A DNA stretch of 64,000 nt, taken from NCBI GenBank assembly GCA_964016885.1, contig OZ024750.1, positions 46,438,001 through 46,502,000 on the forward strand, read 5' to 3'. Positions 26,259-40,689 of this stretch are shown here, piece by piece. The stretch is from Eledone cirrhosa (taxonomy: Eukaryota). The first letter of the stretch is position 1; each line of letters starts with the position of its first letter. The translations under genes were made by a program, and so were the position numbers. The notes under the pieces were generated by a model. It did no database searches. It was not told the DNA's origin and saw nothing but the letters and a program-made list of their open reading frames with translations.

Positions 26259-29200
26259 GACAGTCAACGCGATCAGTCGCATATTTTGGCGTGGGAGACT
26301 ATTTATTAAATTTAAGATGAATACTATCTCCGACAGTAATGCCACAACTACAGTCAGGTTGAATAACTGGTTATTCTTCTAACTATCTCTTCTGAAGACA
26401 CCTTTTATTCGAATTCGTAGAGATATCCGACTAAATACATAATTCATTTTACAAGGATTTGCTACAAACAGCATGGCTGAACACAACATCAACAAAAAAA
26501 TTAAGGAAGTACCGAAGACAAATAACAAAGAAGGTAATCAAACTTTATTCAGTTGTAGCTACAGAAGAAACCGAAATTATAAATCGCATTTCTCTTGGAG
26601 TTGCGAACTTAATAATGATTTATTTAATTGTTATAAAATGGCAAAAAACAATCCCTCCATTGGCTATATGAATAGAATGAAGCTACACTGGGACGAAAAG
26701 CACCCAGAACTAAATTATTTCACAGCCAACAAGCGACGTTTGTTGAACGTAAAAATAAGATAAATATTATTAATTGGAAGTCCCCCACAACAAACATGTT
26801 ATCAACAACACGTGCTACAGGTCGCCATGCTACTAGACTTCCTAGCAGCCAGGTCGAACAGCGTCTTGAAACAACTATGCCTGTAAGAAACTTGACACCA
26901 CCTGTACCATCTAGGTCTACCTCGAATGCTGGGGAAAACACTATCGATAATAATAGTAATCGAAGAAATTTGACACCACGTGTACCATCCGAGTCTACCT
27001 CGACTATTGTGGAAAATACTATCGATAATGATAATCAAAAGTATAAACAATTGAACATTTCCCTCAACGAAATCTTCCAGAGAGAAATTAACTCATGTAT
27101 AAATATCTCTCTTGCTGAACGTGTTAAAACGACAATATTTAATAAAAAACAATCAATGAAATATTACGTGGTATTGACGAAATAGGGGATTGACGACGGA
27201 TAAAAACCCCAACATTTTGGCAAATCAACGCCTGTTTATATGCCTTAGCAACGACAGTGAAGCATTATCTTGGTGATAGCAGAGATATTAACAAGAACAA
27301 AACCCCACCAAAAATACCATCATATATAACTAAAATAGAAAAAAGATTGCTTACCTACGAAAAAACATAGGATATGTGTCAATGCTCCTTACATGCAAAC
27401 AAACAAAAAAAAAACTCACTCCTCACCAACAAAGAGTGAAAAATAAAATAGAGACGATGTTTGGTAACAGTAAAACCAGAACTCTCCAATATCAGCTGAT
27501 CACCCTCAAACTAGAATTGAGAGCTGTTAGCGAAACACGCCGATACCAGAAGAAGGTAGATGAGAGAAAAGTGCCTAATAAAAGATTCAGACGAAACCAA
27601 ACATCAATCTATAGAGATATGAAGGGCAAAATAATAAGTGTCACTGAGGCCCCATCCCAGAAAGACATATTCCTTTTGGAGCAAAATATGGGGTGAAAAG
27701 AAGAATTTCAACCAAGATGCAGTGTGGCTAAGAGAAATCCCAAAGAACTATTGCTCCTACACTACAACAAAAACATACAAAATAAGTGAGGGTACACTTG
27801 AGACTGTGATAGGAAAACTCCAACATAAGAAAACACCAGGAAGAGACATGATTGTCGGCTACTGGTACAAAAAACTGATATTCTATCGGAGGTATCTTAC
27901 TGACCTCTACCAACAAGTTCTTAAGGGAGATACACTTATACCAGAATGGTTGACATTAGCACAAACATTACTGGTCCCCAAGAACAAAGACACCCACTTG
28001 GCAAAAAACTACCGACCCATTGCATGCCAGGAGCTGATGTATAAGATGTATACAGCCTGCCTGAACCTATTCCTCCAAGATCACTGTAAAAATAATAACA
28101 TCATCACAGATGAACAAGCAGCTGGAAAGGAAGGGGTTTGGGGTTGTGCTGAACAACTCCTAATCAACAAAACTGCGATGTCGGAGGTGTGACAACTTAC
28201 GATGAATATGACTACAGTCTGGCTGGACTACAGGAAAGCTTTTGATTCTGTTCTCCACTCTTGGATGATAGAAGCCCTCCAACTTGCTAAAGTACCAGAC
28301 ATTATTGTCAGAGCCATAGAGAGGCTGTCTTCTTCTTGGGCTACTATCCGTTCCTCGAGCACGTCTATCTGCATGAAACAGATAAGATCATGAGAGTTGG
28401 GAAGGAACTCCTCGAGAGATATTCCCTGTGTGATAATCAAAATCTCACACCTAGGGATGTCGCTCAGCAGTATCGCAGTGAATCCATGGATGAAAAACTG
28501 CATGCTTATCAGCAAAAAATCATGCATGGATATGTTGCTAGGAAGCTCCAGAGTGATAGTGATATAGATAAGGAAAGTAGTCTATCTTGAACCAACAATC
28601 TCTATATTGGCTCCCACTTTGAAGGATACGCTTTTGCAATCCAGGAACAGGAGATTAGCACGAAATACCTGATTCACAAAAGAGATAGGGATGCAGGCAA
28701 AACACCTAGATGTGATAATAAGTGCAGACTCTGCAGACCTAACATCGAGGATATCACCCATGTCATCAGCAGCTGTCCAAATATGTCATCCCGGTACTAT
28801 CTACCTATGAGGCATGATGTAGTGGCCAAAACACTGTACAATGCAGTTTGTAAAAAAGATATCCCCGATAATAAACACATTAAAAGCTACAGCAATGTGG
28901 AAGACATCCATGTACATAATATGAAAGAGTACTGGTGCAATGTTCCAGTAAAAACCCCAATCAAATGCAGGCATAACAGACCAGATAGTATGATATGGGA
29001 CATGGAGAAGAAAGCATGCACAGTAGTGGAAATTAGCTGCCCAACAGATGCCAATATAATATCAAAGATTAGTGAAAAGGAGAACATTTAAGCAGAACTG
29101 ATGAGAAATCTGCAGATACTCCACCCTGATTACACCTTCAGATTTATGCCTGTGATTATCGGGGCACTGGGGTATGTTAGTAACTGCTTCAATACAAATC

Positions 29201-29520
29201 TTGAGAAGCTAGGCTTCACAGAAACAGAAAGAACACAACTAGTTAGGAAATTACAAGTACAATCCATTAATGGAACAGGAAAAATATGTAAAACATTCCA
29301 AAAATGATGCATCTAATAACTGCATATACACATATACAGATGCAAAGCATATACACATGCACATCCATACATACAATAACATCCATATCTACACATGCAT
29401 GCATACATACATATCTACCTAGTTGAAGTTGTGTAAATTCCAATGAGAGAGTCTTGTGTCTATGTTGGAAACCGACTCTCTCTATTGGTAAAACTTTGTG
29501 AAATTATAAAACCAGAAGAA
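26259..29520 (+). mobile_element. R4/Dong-like non-LTR retrotransposon (RT + restriction-like endonuclease), decayed and internally deleted, in (CATA)n
   Basis: KTPGRD, KNYRPIAC, EQAAG..GCAEQLLI and WLDYRKAFDSV, then a jump at about 28345 to the C-terminus with CRLC...THVISSC, RHD, HNRPD, VVEISCP and PVIIGALG. (CATA)n on both sides. Confidence 0.88.
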
Positions 29521-29899
29521 CATACATACATACATATATACATGCTCTACTGTTGATTGGTTATGAAAAAATATATTTAAATAAGAATGACTGCTGCGAT
29601 GCCAATCAAAGAATGTTTTATTTATTTTATTCTGATTTTGAATAGAATTTGAGAATTCGTAGGAAACAGCATTATCCGGGATAGCAGCTAATTTGAATAA
29701 TATCTACCAGCCGATGACTAATATAGTGGATAGAAGAGAAAAAAATATTGGTATCACGTAGAATTGTTACAGCTTTGGAACATGAATAAAAATGGTACAA
29801 CTATATAACATACTAAGATAAAGAGATAAAATATAATGATAGAAATGTATAATGAAATATAGGCCAATTGAACAGATAATTAGATCATTATACATACAT

Positions 29900-30008
<109 letters not shown>

Positions 30009-30324
30009 TATATATTTATATATATATTTATATATATATATATGTTTGTGTTTATGTGTGTGTATATATAGATTTATATATGCGTGTGTGTGTATATATC
30101 TATATGATTGTGTGTGTTTATCTGCTATATTGTTTCCTTGAACAATGGAAATATGTCAGCAGACGTTTTAATGAAAATAAGCGATCGTTCTTTGAATCAT
30201 TTCATTTTTTTTCATTCAACGATTATTATGTGTATGTGTATATCTGTCTATCTATCTATCTAACAATCCATGTATAAATATAAATATAAATATATATATA
30301 TATGTATGTGTGTGTGTATGTGTG

Positions 30325-30440
<116 letters not shown>

Positions 30441-30599
30441 GGTAGCTAAGATGCTTCCATAAGCGGTATGGCGGTTGAGCACTCTATGTTCAGATCCAGA
30501 ATCAGACAGACCCACACAATGATCGTGTTACGAGCTGTCCGCCGGCGAAACAATGGTAACACCCAATATATTGAGTTCAGATGCATCACTGATTTTTCG

Positions 30600-30634
<35 letters not shown>

Positions 30635-30636
<2 letters not shown>

Positions 30637-31258
30637 AGAGTATTGAAGTTTGCTTGAAGCATTGTGGAATAATAAGGTAAATTTCTTTAATTTGTTTGGA
30701 AGCCTCGACAATGCAGATGGGTAAATCGCCGGGTAACAAGATCCGGTGGTGGAGAGAGAGATGTAAGTGGGTGTACGTTAAGATGCGTAGTGTGTATAAG
30801 ACTGTAGCGTGTAGAGGAATGAAGGAAAGAGCGTAAAGGATACACATAAAAATAACAACACGAGAGAGAGTTACCTTGGGAGAGATTTAATTGTCCCTAT
30901 ATATTTCGGATTCACATCCATCAATTGGGTTTTTTTTCCGGGGGGGGGGGGGGGATATTGTCTTTCGGAAAGGTGCGAAACGTGCTCTCCGCTGTTCGTT
31001 GTTTTGAATATGTGAAGAATCCGAAATATATAGGGACAATTAAATCTCTCCCAAGGTAATTCTATCTCGTGTTGTTATTTTTATTTTTATCCTTTACGCT
31101 CTTTCCTTCATTCCTCTACACGCTACAGTCTTATACACGCCACGCATCTCAACGTACACCCACTTACATCTTTCTCTCCACCACCGGATCTTGTTACCCG
31201 GATATTTACCCATCTGCATTGTCGAGGCTTCCAAACGACTTAAAGAAATTTACCATAT
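30635..31258. mobile_element. (TA)n-flanked foldback element
   Basis: About 30676-30913 is inverted against about 31017-31255, with scattered mismatches. Confidence 0.85.
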
Positions 31259-31270
31259 AAATATAAATAC

Positions 31271-31305
<35 letters not shown>

Positions 31306-31496
31306 TATATATATATATATTTATATATATATATATATATAAGTAATTGATGTAAAAACCTATTAGACTGTTAGGCGATTACTCATCAGAGTACTCGATA
31401 CTTCCGGAAGAAAAGTAGTAATACGTAAAAGTCGAAGCGCGATGGATGAGCCGTTTAAATAGATAGTTCGAAAGTCAGCGATCGGGGTCCCGACTC

Positions 31497-31531
<35 letters not shown>

Positions 31532-31756
31532 CCTACAGACAGACCGAGAGAAACTGTACGGATCTAGCTCTCCAAACGGCCGGAGCTCTGCCGACGAGAT
31601 CCTCACTCTTTTCTTATAAATATATATATATGTAAAAGTTCTATTTAAATTGTTGGGATACGACAAGCAAATATTTTTATAACTGATATAAATTCAACAG
31701 TAATGGTTGCATTCTTTAAGTGTATGTCAATACTTATTTATAAAACTGCTCTATAT

Positions 31757-31825
31757 TTTATTTTATCTGATGAAAGCACACCATAATTTAACTTGGTGTC
31801 CTTGAAATATGTATAATGAAATAAA
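31757..31825 (+). ncRNA. Type I hammerhead ribozyme (family A)
   Basis: TTTATTTTAT-CTGATGA-AAGCACACCA..TGGTGTCCTT-GAAA-TATGT-ATA-ATGAAATAAA. Stem I 10 bp; stem II 9 of 10 positions paired. Confidence 0.8.
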
Positions 31826-32570
31826 TATGGTTTTATAAATATAATTTCCATTTGTTAATATCGTATATATATATATATAATTGGTGTTGGTTGATTAAAG
31901 TGGCCGTATGCGGTAGGCCATTTGAGCACGCGATGCTCTCATAGAGCAGAGTATGATATCAGAGAAAAAAAGAAAATCCGTGGTGCGTGGAATGGAATTT
32001 ATTGGACATATTACTATAGTTTCTCGATCTTCGTAGAATCAAGAAGTATCTGAGGACCTTCCGATTTTCAGAGTCAGGTTTGATCATCAAATCGATCGAG
32101 CCTCGAGCTGGTCGCCAGAGAAACGATTGTAATATGTCCAATAAATTCCATTCGTCGCAACACGGATTTTCTTTTTTTCTGTGATATAGAGATATACGTT
32201 TATCATTATAATCATCAATTCCGTTTAACTTCAATTTTTCCCCGCTTGCATCCGTCTGGACGGGTCGTCCACGCCGAGTGGGATGTCTGCCCTGGGTTGG
32301 CCATGTGTCGCGCCTTGCTCCGGTGAGGACTGTACATTTGACTGGGTATTTTGCAGCTGGATGCCCTTTCTAACACCAAACACATTTATATTGGAGATCA
32401 GGATGGTTCTGTTATGAAGAGGTACATGCCAGTTGACCGCGCCGAACCCATCTCACAATGGACCATATATATATATGTTAGGTAATTCCGTAGGAAAAGC
32501 AAAGGAAAGAAGAATGCTCTATATATAGAACAGAGCTATTTAAATTGGAATTGAACACAAAATTTAACTA

Positions 32571-32638
32571 CTCCACTACCAAAGGTTTCTGGATCACATA
32601 CGATAATAATATACGTCTGGATCGGTCGTCAGATAGAG
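32571..32638 (-). ncRNA. Type I hammerhead candidate (family C)
   Basis: Minus strand CTCTAT-CTGACGA-...-GAAA-CCTTTG-GTA-GTGGAG. Stems I and III pair; the base of stem II is imperfect. Homologous copies lie in both arms of 60518-60850. Confidence 0.55.
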
Positions 32639-32689
32639 ATGTAATAATATCTCTGTCTGGGGTAGTTATACTTTGTGTTGTTCAATTTC

Positions 32690-32758
<69 letters not shown>

Positions 32759-32916
32759 AAATTTCTACAAGGCTGAATACAATAAATGTAATCTGAGTTT
32801 TTCGAATATTAATAATAACATTCGATTTGTTTGCAATTTTGCAAACAAGCCTAAATTTTATACCCATGTCAGTAGAATAGACACTTCATTCTTGCTCTTG
32901 TGTTGGCATGCAAACA

Positions 32917-32966
32917 GAACTGTAGACACTAATGTTTCTGGGTATCTCCCTTCATCAGTACAGCTC
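32917..32966 (-). ncRNA. Type I hammerhead ribozyme, canonical core
   Basis: Minus strand GAGCTGTA-CTGATGA-AGGGAGATACCCA-GAAA-CATTAGT-GTC-TACAGTTC. Stem I 8 bp, stem II GGG/CCC, stem III ACA/TGT, GUC triplet. Confidence 0.85.
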
Positions 32967-33216
32967 ACTGTTTACCTGCAAAACTGTCAGAGCTAGTGAA
33001 AATATATGCTATCTTCAAAAATGCAGAGTGAGTGATCGGTCTGATTTGCATATTAGCAGACTGGCTGATCAGTCATAAATGTAGTTCTGTTCGCATGCCA
33101 ACGCAAGAGCAAGAATGAAGGGTTCATTCTACTGACATCGCTATAAAATTGAGGCCTGTTTGCATAATTGCAAACAAATCGAATGTTATTATTAATATTC
33201 GAAAAACTCAGATTAC

Positions 33217-33292
<76 letters not shown>

Positions 33293-33521
33293 CGAAGGAA
33301 ATGTGGTAAGGAACCAGGTGGACCAAAGTACTCAATACTTAGGGTAGTAGAGTGGGTAATAGGAACGAGTAGGACCCCGACGGCTGAGCTCAAGCCGTTT
33401 CGACGGCTAATTCTGGACTAAAAAAAAAAAAATAATAATAATAATAAATAAATAAAAATGTTTAGTCCAGAATTAGCCGTCGAAACTGCTTAAGCTCAGC
33501 CGTCGGGGTCCTACTCGTTAC

Positions 33522-33570
<49 letters not shown>

Positions 33571-33900
33571 TTATATATATATACACACATTTATGTAGAG
33601 ATATACTCATAATTTACACATATATATACTTATACCTAAGTCAGTCCATCAATAAATAAATATGCACATGTATTGCTATTTGGTGAGGATGATGTTCACT
33701 GCGCAGGTAGTAGAGTGGGTAATAGGAAAATGTATGACCCCCAACTCCAGAAATAGCCGTCAAAACGGCTTGAAATCTGCCGTCGGGGTCATACATTTTC
33801 CTATTACCCACTCTACTACCCTAAGTATTGAGTACTCTGGTGCGTAGTGGTTCATCTGGTTCCTTATCACAAATCCTTCGTTATATATATACATATATAT

Positions 33901-34293
<393 letters not shown>

Positions 34294-34621
34294 GGAGGTG
34301 AGTTTTATTGTAGTACAATAAAAATTCTTTTAATTTATACATTATCTTCCAACGGTTTTCAACCTCTCTATGTAAAACAATATATCTTTCTCAGTTATAA
34401 AAGCTATCTCTCTCTATCACCCATCTCTCCTCCTATCTCATCCTTCCTCATTATACTCCTCCCTCTCCACTTTTTACTCTCATCTCCTCCTCTTTTTCAC
34501 CCCCCCCCTCTAAATAAAATATGTTTCCCAATATCACACATCAATCTAAAACTACTTCTCATATGTTGATTTAAAACTGAACTATTCACAAGTGTTTTTG
34601 AACCTTCATATCATGTCTTCC

Positions 34622-34692
34622 TGTTTTATCTGATGAAAACACAAATATTATTGCATGATGATATTTGTTTTTGAAATGCGCATAATAAAATA
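34622..34692 (+). ncRNA. Type I hammerhead ribozyme
   Basis: TGTTTTAT-CTGATGA-AAACACAAATATT..GATATTTGTTTTT-GAAA-TGCGC-ATA-ATAAAATA. Self-complementary stem III ATGCGCAT. Confidence 0.8.
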
Positions 34693-35994
34693 CATGGAAC
34701 TCTTTTAACCATCTTCTGTTCTTATATATTATATATATATATATGAATGAAAGGTATAGAAAAAAAAAATATATATATACATATACGCTTTATTTACTAC
34801 ATTTCATTTAGCCTAACTATTTTCTTACCACCAAACCTCTCTGAACTTTTCACTTGCCATTAACAGAAATTTCTATTTCATCTCACAGTGCTAGCGCTAA
34901 CCATCAGACAACCAGGCAGCCCTAGAGCGCTGACACCTGAGAAGGGACATTACTGAACCTTAAAGGATCTAAATTTCTATAAAACCTTACATAATTAAAT
35001 TAAATATACAATAATTACCTTTGTTCAGTTCATAACTCATTATACATGTTTACTACGTATCAGTGATACGTAGATATACTATGTGGTGGAAAGAGTCGTA
35101 TTGTGTTACAACTCATGCATAATTTATTATGGCTGAGTGCTTCTGTGTAATAGAAAATGTAGGCTTGGTGACTTTGTTAGAGTGGTCAGAGCAAGACTTG
35201 TGTGAAATTAGTTTCCTCAGTTTATTATACAGTAAGTTGAATATATTTTATTTGGGAAGATAGGGCGCCTTCTTTGGTTAAGTGTATGTACAATATAGAG
35301 CCAGCCCAGCCTAGAGCGCTAAATATACAGATACCGGCTTTAACGCCACTCTTGTTCGTCTCACTAATTTCTGAACATTTGCAATTTTCTTTTACTTCCA
35401 TCCTACTGTCATTCTCTCTCTCGGTTTCTCTCTCTCACTCTACCCCCTCTCCCCCTCTCTCTCTCTCTCTCTCTTCTCCCCCTCTCTTTATTCTCATGTG
35501 TTCCTCTTACTCAATCCCCAAATACACAATATATATGCACGCTTCAAACTACCTCACAAAACGTTTGAAATTCTATCACTGGATATATTTTGAACAATAT
35601 CATTTAACAACGAAACTGATTATACACAGAGTATAATTACTAACCGAATTCTTTCTACCTAATCGCTTTCTAAATACTTCAACCAATCGCGTTTCTCTAA
35701 ATATTTTTATTACAACTGCAATACCATGTTCACATCTTTGTATGCTACAGCTCTGTTCCTCGTAGTCCAGAACACAGCCGTTTAATCACGCAAAATTTCA
35801 ATGTAATATCTTTAATAATTCCTAAGTTTATTGTATCTATTATAGCCAAGATCCATCAATAAACATCTTTTTCATGTTAAAGAAATGTTACCAAAGTCTT
35901 AATTTGCATATTTTATTTTAATATTTAATTCACTATCGTATTGGTCTGGGTTTTTCCACGTAGATTCTAAAAATATTTATCTGTCTTTTAATAA

Positions 35995-37065
35995 AACGGA
36001 CAATATCACAAGAGAAAGTGCAATGTGTATCTTGGCACATAGATACCAAATGAAACATTCGGGTCCAGCGGACAAAACCACTAATCTATGTTGGGATCCG
36101 TACCTGGCATAAAATGTTATAGAAACAGGAATCGTCTTTCAGAAAACTGGTGCTAGGTAACCGAGAATACCAAGTGAAACCGTTGAGCGAATTCGAGGAA
36201 CATTTTAATGTAGTCCTACTAAATCCACCCCACTGCAAGTAGACTGTTAATATTACCATAGTTAATAGTTCACAAAGTTGTGTATAAGATTCTGAGGTCT
36301 ACAAAGTGCAACATTTGCAAGTCTGATGACAAACTCCGAAGAAAATAATTTTCAGTGTATATGAAATCTCGATTAATTGAAAATGAAGACTTCCGTAATA
36401 TTGGTTTTAGTGGTGAAGACACATTTCATGTCTCAGGAATGATAAATAACCACAGCACAAGGATTTGGCTTCGGAAAACCCAAACGAAACAAGAGAACTG
36501 GCGAGAAACAGCCCAGATGTCAATGTGTGTTAGAGCTTTATGTTTGATTAATTGATTGGCTCGTTTTTCTTTTCAGTAGAAACGATTACTTCCAACAGTT
36601 ATTTTCATAATTCTCAAAAATGTACTGTAATGCAGTTGCACTACTTGCAACCAGAAATTATTTTCCAGCAGGATGGTGCACCACCAAATTGGGAGTCAAC
36701 TATTCATGGGTTTTCTTATGAAACATTTCCAAACCAGTGGATTGGAAGAGGCGGTCCAGTTCCCTGGTCACGTAGTAACCCTTTGGGATTTCCTTTTCTG
36801 GAGCCACGTTAAATACAGAGTCTACCGTACAAAAGTTCAAGATCTCAATGATATCAAGGAAATAATAAAGAGTGCTCCAACGCACCTCGTCAGAAAACGA
36901 TCCCCATCTAGATGTTATGTACAACCAATAGAGCCCACATTCAAGTGTTCTGATGTTTTCAATAAAACATTATTTATTTTCGTCTATTTTCTAATAAACA
37001 ACTGTAGTGTTATCTTCATTGGTTTTTCTAACTTTTTCAAATTGTGAAATTAATTTAGCGACATT
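35995..37065 (+). pseudogene. Decayed Tc1/mariner transposase
   Basis: FSGEDTFHVSG (FSDE-like), IIFQQDGAPP, FPNQWIGRGGPVPW, DFLFW..VK.RVY; multiple frameshifts. Confidence 0.85.
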
Positions 37066-38179
37066 GTGTAACTATGAAACCATATTTGTTCTAAATTTAG
37101 ATATATTACAATTTTTATTAAATACATTTTTTCTTTGGTTGTCACCTCTTTGGTTGTCACCCCTGTTTCAGAGATCGGCATGGATGATGCTCGTACCTTA
37201 GCAACGTTCTACATGTGACACTGCATTCATTTAACAATATTTTAAAATATATATTAAAATGTATCGTAAAAACGATATTGTTGTCGAATTTTAAAGTGCT
37301 ATAACTGTTATCCAATACATTCTTTTTTTCTTTAGGGTGTCACCACTGTTTAGATCTTGGAATAGATCGATGCTGGAATCTTATCATCGGTGTATGTGTA
37401 AGTTATTGTACATTAATGTAGCTTTCATTGTGAGCAGTTGCTGAGGAGCCTAATATTCTCCAGCCCACGATCCCTAGCCCTTTTAATCAGGCCCTTTCCA
37501 TTTCATTCTAGCTATTCTCGAGCAACACAAAATTAAACCTTCCAAATTGTAGAATAATTTGAATTATTCCTGCGAGGTCTTTGCGTTCTGCGGTCAAATC
37601 CTGCGGAGTATAACTTTGACTTTTATCCTTACGAGTTCGATAAACAATAAATCAAACCAATACGAGTGCTTATATCGATATTTCCTATATCTCATCTTCT
37701 CTCACTTTTTTCCGGTTTATAACACCCCTATTCCTCTAGTAATGACTGACGATCTCACGTTCATATGAAACCTTAGAAACCGTGTCCCAACGACTAGGCC
37801 TCCTACGTAGAGCCAGCAAAGTAAATCACCAACTAACAACAACATATTTACATTAGATTGATTGATATAACGGAAAATATAATTTATATTAAACTACTTT
37901 CCCAGTAGTGTGTTAATGTGTTTGTGAAACCTGATAGAGCGAAAATGTACGAGAGCCCTTCTCGTGCGTATGTATATGTTTACATACACATGTGCACATA
38001 CATACATGTATATATGTGTGTATGTAATTATATACGTAATACATACATACACACATATATACATGTATGTATGTGCACATGTGTGTGTATACATATATGA
38101 AGTTCCTATCCTAAATTATGGATATTGAATCCCAAGAGTATTTATTCATACACTCATACACACATAGACATTACATATA

Positions 38180-38229
<50 letters not shown>

Positions 38230-39236
38230 CGTGTGTGTGTGTGTGTGTGTATGTGTGTGTGTGCGTGTGTGTGTATATATATATATATATCTATGGGTGG
38301 GGGGGGGGTTGAATGTGTGATTGTGCGTGTAGTGGTTCGGAACGCCTTATGTGTACGTGACTTTGTGTATGGCAGGTGCGTCGATTTACGTCCGTTTACG
38401 CTGAAAATAAAAAGGCCGATAAAATATATATCAAAATTAGATGTTATGGGGCCATGGCGGGGTCGTGACGAGGGTCGTAGCGGGTCGTAGCGGGTTTATT
38501 TCGATCGACTAATAAATGACGAAAGTGGTGTCTTAGCATAATTCTAATTCTCTGAGCGAATCCAATAAAAAACAATCTATAAAAATAACCTGCGACTATA
38601 TTTCAAATAAAAGACATACTTTGAAGATAAATATGAATTTGAAGGGAACTACTAACATAACTAATATTCTCATTTTTATGGTGGTTTTTAGAATATAACT
38701 TAAACGTATTTACATAAAGTTATGGGGGAAGTTTTTTAGATGTATATGAACAGTCTTGCATCAAGGGCGGTGTCATGCGATTTGGTATAAAAAGAGTTAA
38801 CACATGAATCATAAGCTAAGAACCACTTTGAACACACAAGCACACACAAGCATACACACTGATACAACACACACACAGACGCACTCATATACACACAGGC
38901 ACACATAAAAGCTAACATACACAACCACACTCAGCTGTTGGAACATATTTACTACGCAAGATGTCGCCTTCACAGACACAAATACACACGTGTGTGAATA
39001 CACACAAACCACCATACATAAAAACATACATAGCAATAGGCGTACAACAAATTTTATCCAACAAATTTAAGTTGGATTATATAACGTTTTCAGAAATAAA
39101 AAAAGCATAAGAGAGAGAAATATTTAACAGAGAAAATGGAGGATGGGGTGGCACACTCTGCACCCTATTCATATCAGTGGAGACTTCTGGTGTCCTCGGC
39201 CCTAGGGCTACCTCCCTACTCACCACCATAGGCGCT

Positions 39237-40381
39237 GTTTTAACAACGTAAAGATTGGTCTTGCAATAGTCTCTATTATTTCACCAGGTGTAGTGTAGTC
39301 TTGTATGGCATTAGCCTGTAGTGTGTAACAAAGTAGAGATTAGTCTTGCAATAGTCTCTATTATTTCACCAGGTGTAGTGTAGTCTTGTATGGCATTAGC
39401 CTGTAGTGTTTAACAACGTAGAGATTAGTCTTGCAATAGTCTCTATTCTTTCACCACGTGTAGTGTAGTCTTGTATGGCATTAGCCTGTAGTGTTTAACA
39501 AAGTAGAGATTAGTCTTTCGCAATAATAGTCTCTATTCTTTCACCAGGTGTAGTGTAGTCTTGTATGGCATTAGCCTGTACAACGTAGAGATTAGTCTTT
39601 CGCAACAATAGTCTATATTCTTTCAGTAGGTGTAGCTTAGTCTTGTATGACATTAGCCTATAGTGTTTAACAAAGTAGAGATTAGTCTTTCGCAATAATA
39701 GTCTCTATTCTTTCAGCAGGTGTAGCTTAGTATTGTATGACATTAGCTTGTAGTGTTTAACAACGTAGAGATTAGTCTTGCAATAGTCTCTATTCTTTCA
39801 GCAGGTGTAGCTTAGTATTGTATGACATTAGCCTGTAGTGTTTAACAACGTAGAGATTAGTCTTTCGCAACAATAGTCTCTATTGTTTCACCATGTGTAG
39901 CGTAGCCTTGTATGGCTTTAGCCTGTACAACGTAGAGATTAGTCTTTCGCAACAATAGTCTCTATTCTTTCACCAGGTATAGTGTAGTCTAGTATGTCAT
40001 TAGCCTGTAGCTTTTGACATCGTAGAGATTAGTCTTGCAATAGTCTCTATTCTTTCACCAGGTGTAGTGTAGTATTGTATGGCATTAACCTGTAGTTTGT
40101 AACAACGTAGAGATTAGTCTTGCAATAGTCTCTATTCTTTCAGCAGGTGTAGCGTAGTATTGTATGACATTAGCCTGTAGTGTTTAACAACGTAGAGATT
40201 AGTCTTTCGCAACAATAGTCTCTATTGTTTCACCATGTGTAGCGTAGCCTTGTATGGCTTTAGCCTGTACAACGTAGAGATTAGTCTTTCGCAACAATAG
40301 TCTCTATTCTTTCACCAGGTATAGTGTAGTCTAGTATGTCATTAGCCTGTAGCTTTTGACAACGTAGAGATTAGTCTTGCA
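39237..40381. repeat. ~81-91-bp minisatellite, about 13 units
   Basis: Unit GTAGAGATTAGTCTTGCAATAGTCTCTATTCTTTCACCAGGTGTAGTGTAGTCTTGTATGGCATTAGCCTGTAGTGTTTAACAAC; period 85 at 39248/39333/39418. Confidence 0.95.
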
Positions 40382-40490
40382 CGGCAATAAGTTTCTAGTG
40401 TTTCTTTCTTAGGGAGATCAGGGAGTGGTGTCAAAGGGATTGGTTTAGCTACGAGGTAAACGCAGTTTTTTCGTCTCTTCAAAGTAGCCG

Positions 40491-40625
<135 letters not shown>

Positions 40626-40654
40626 GAGAGAGAGATGGAGAGAGAGAGAGAGAA

Positions 40655-40689
<35 letters not shown>

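Noticed and set aside
26384-26426. Hammerhead-like TATCTCT..CTGAAGA..GAAT..AGAGATA in the R4 5' UTR
   Set aside because: Stem II does not pair and GAAA/stem III is not satisfied.
37746-37790. CTGACGA...GAAACCGTGTC
   Set aside because: No stem I pairing.
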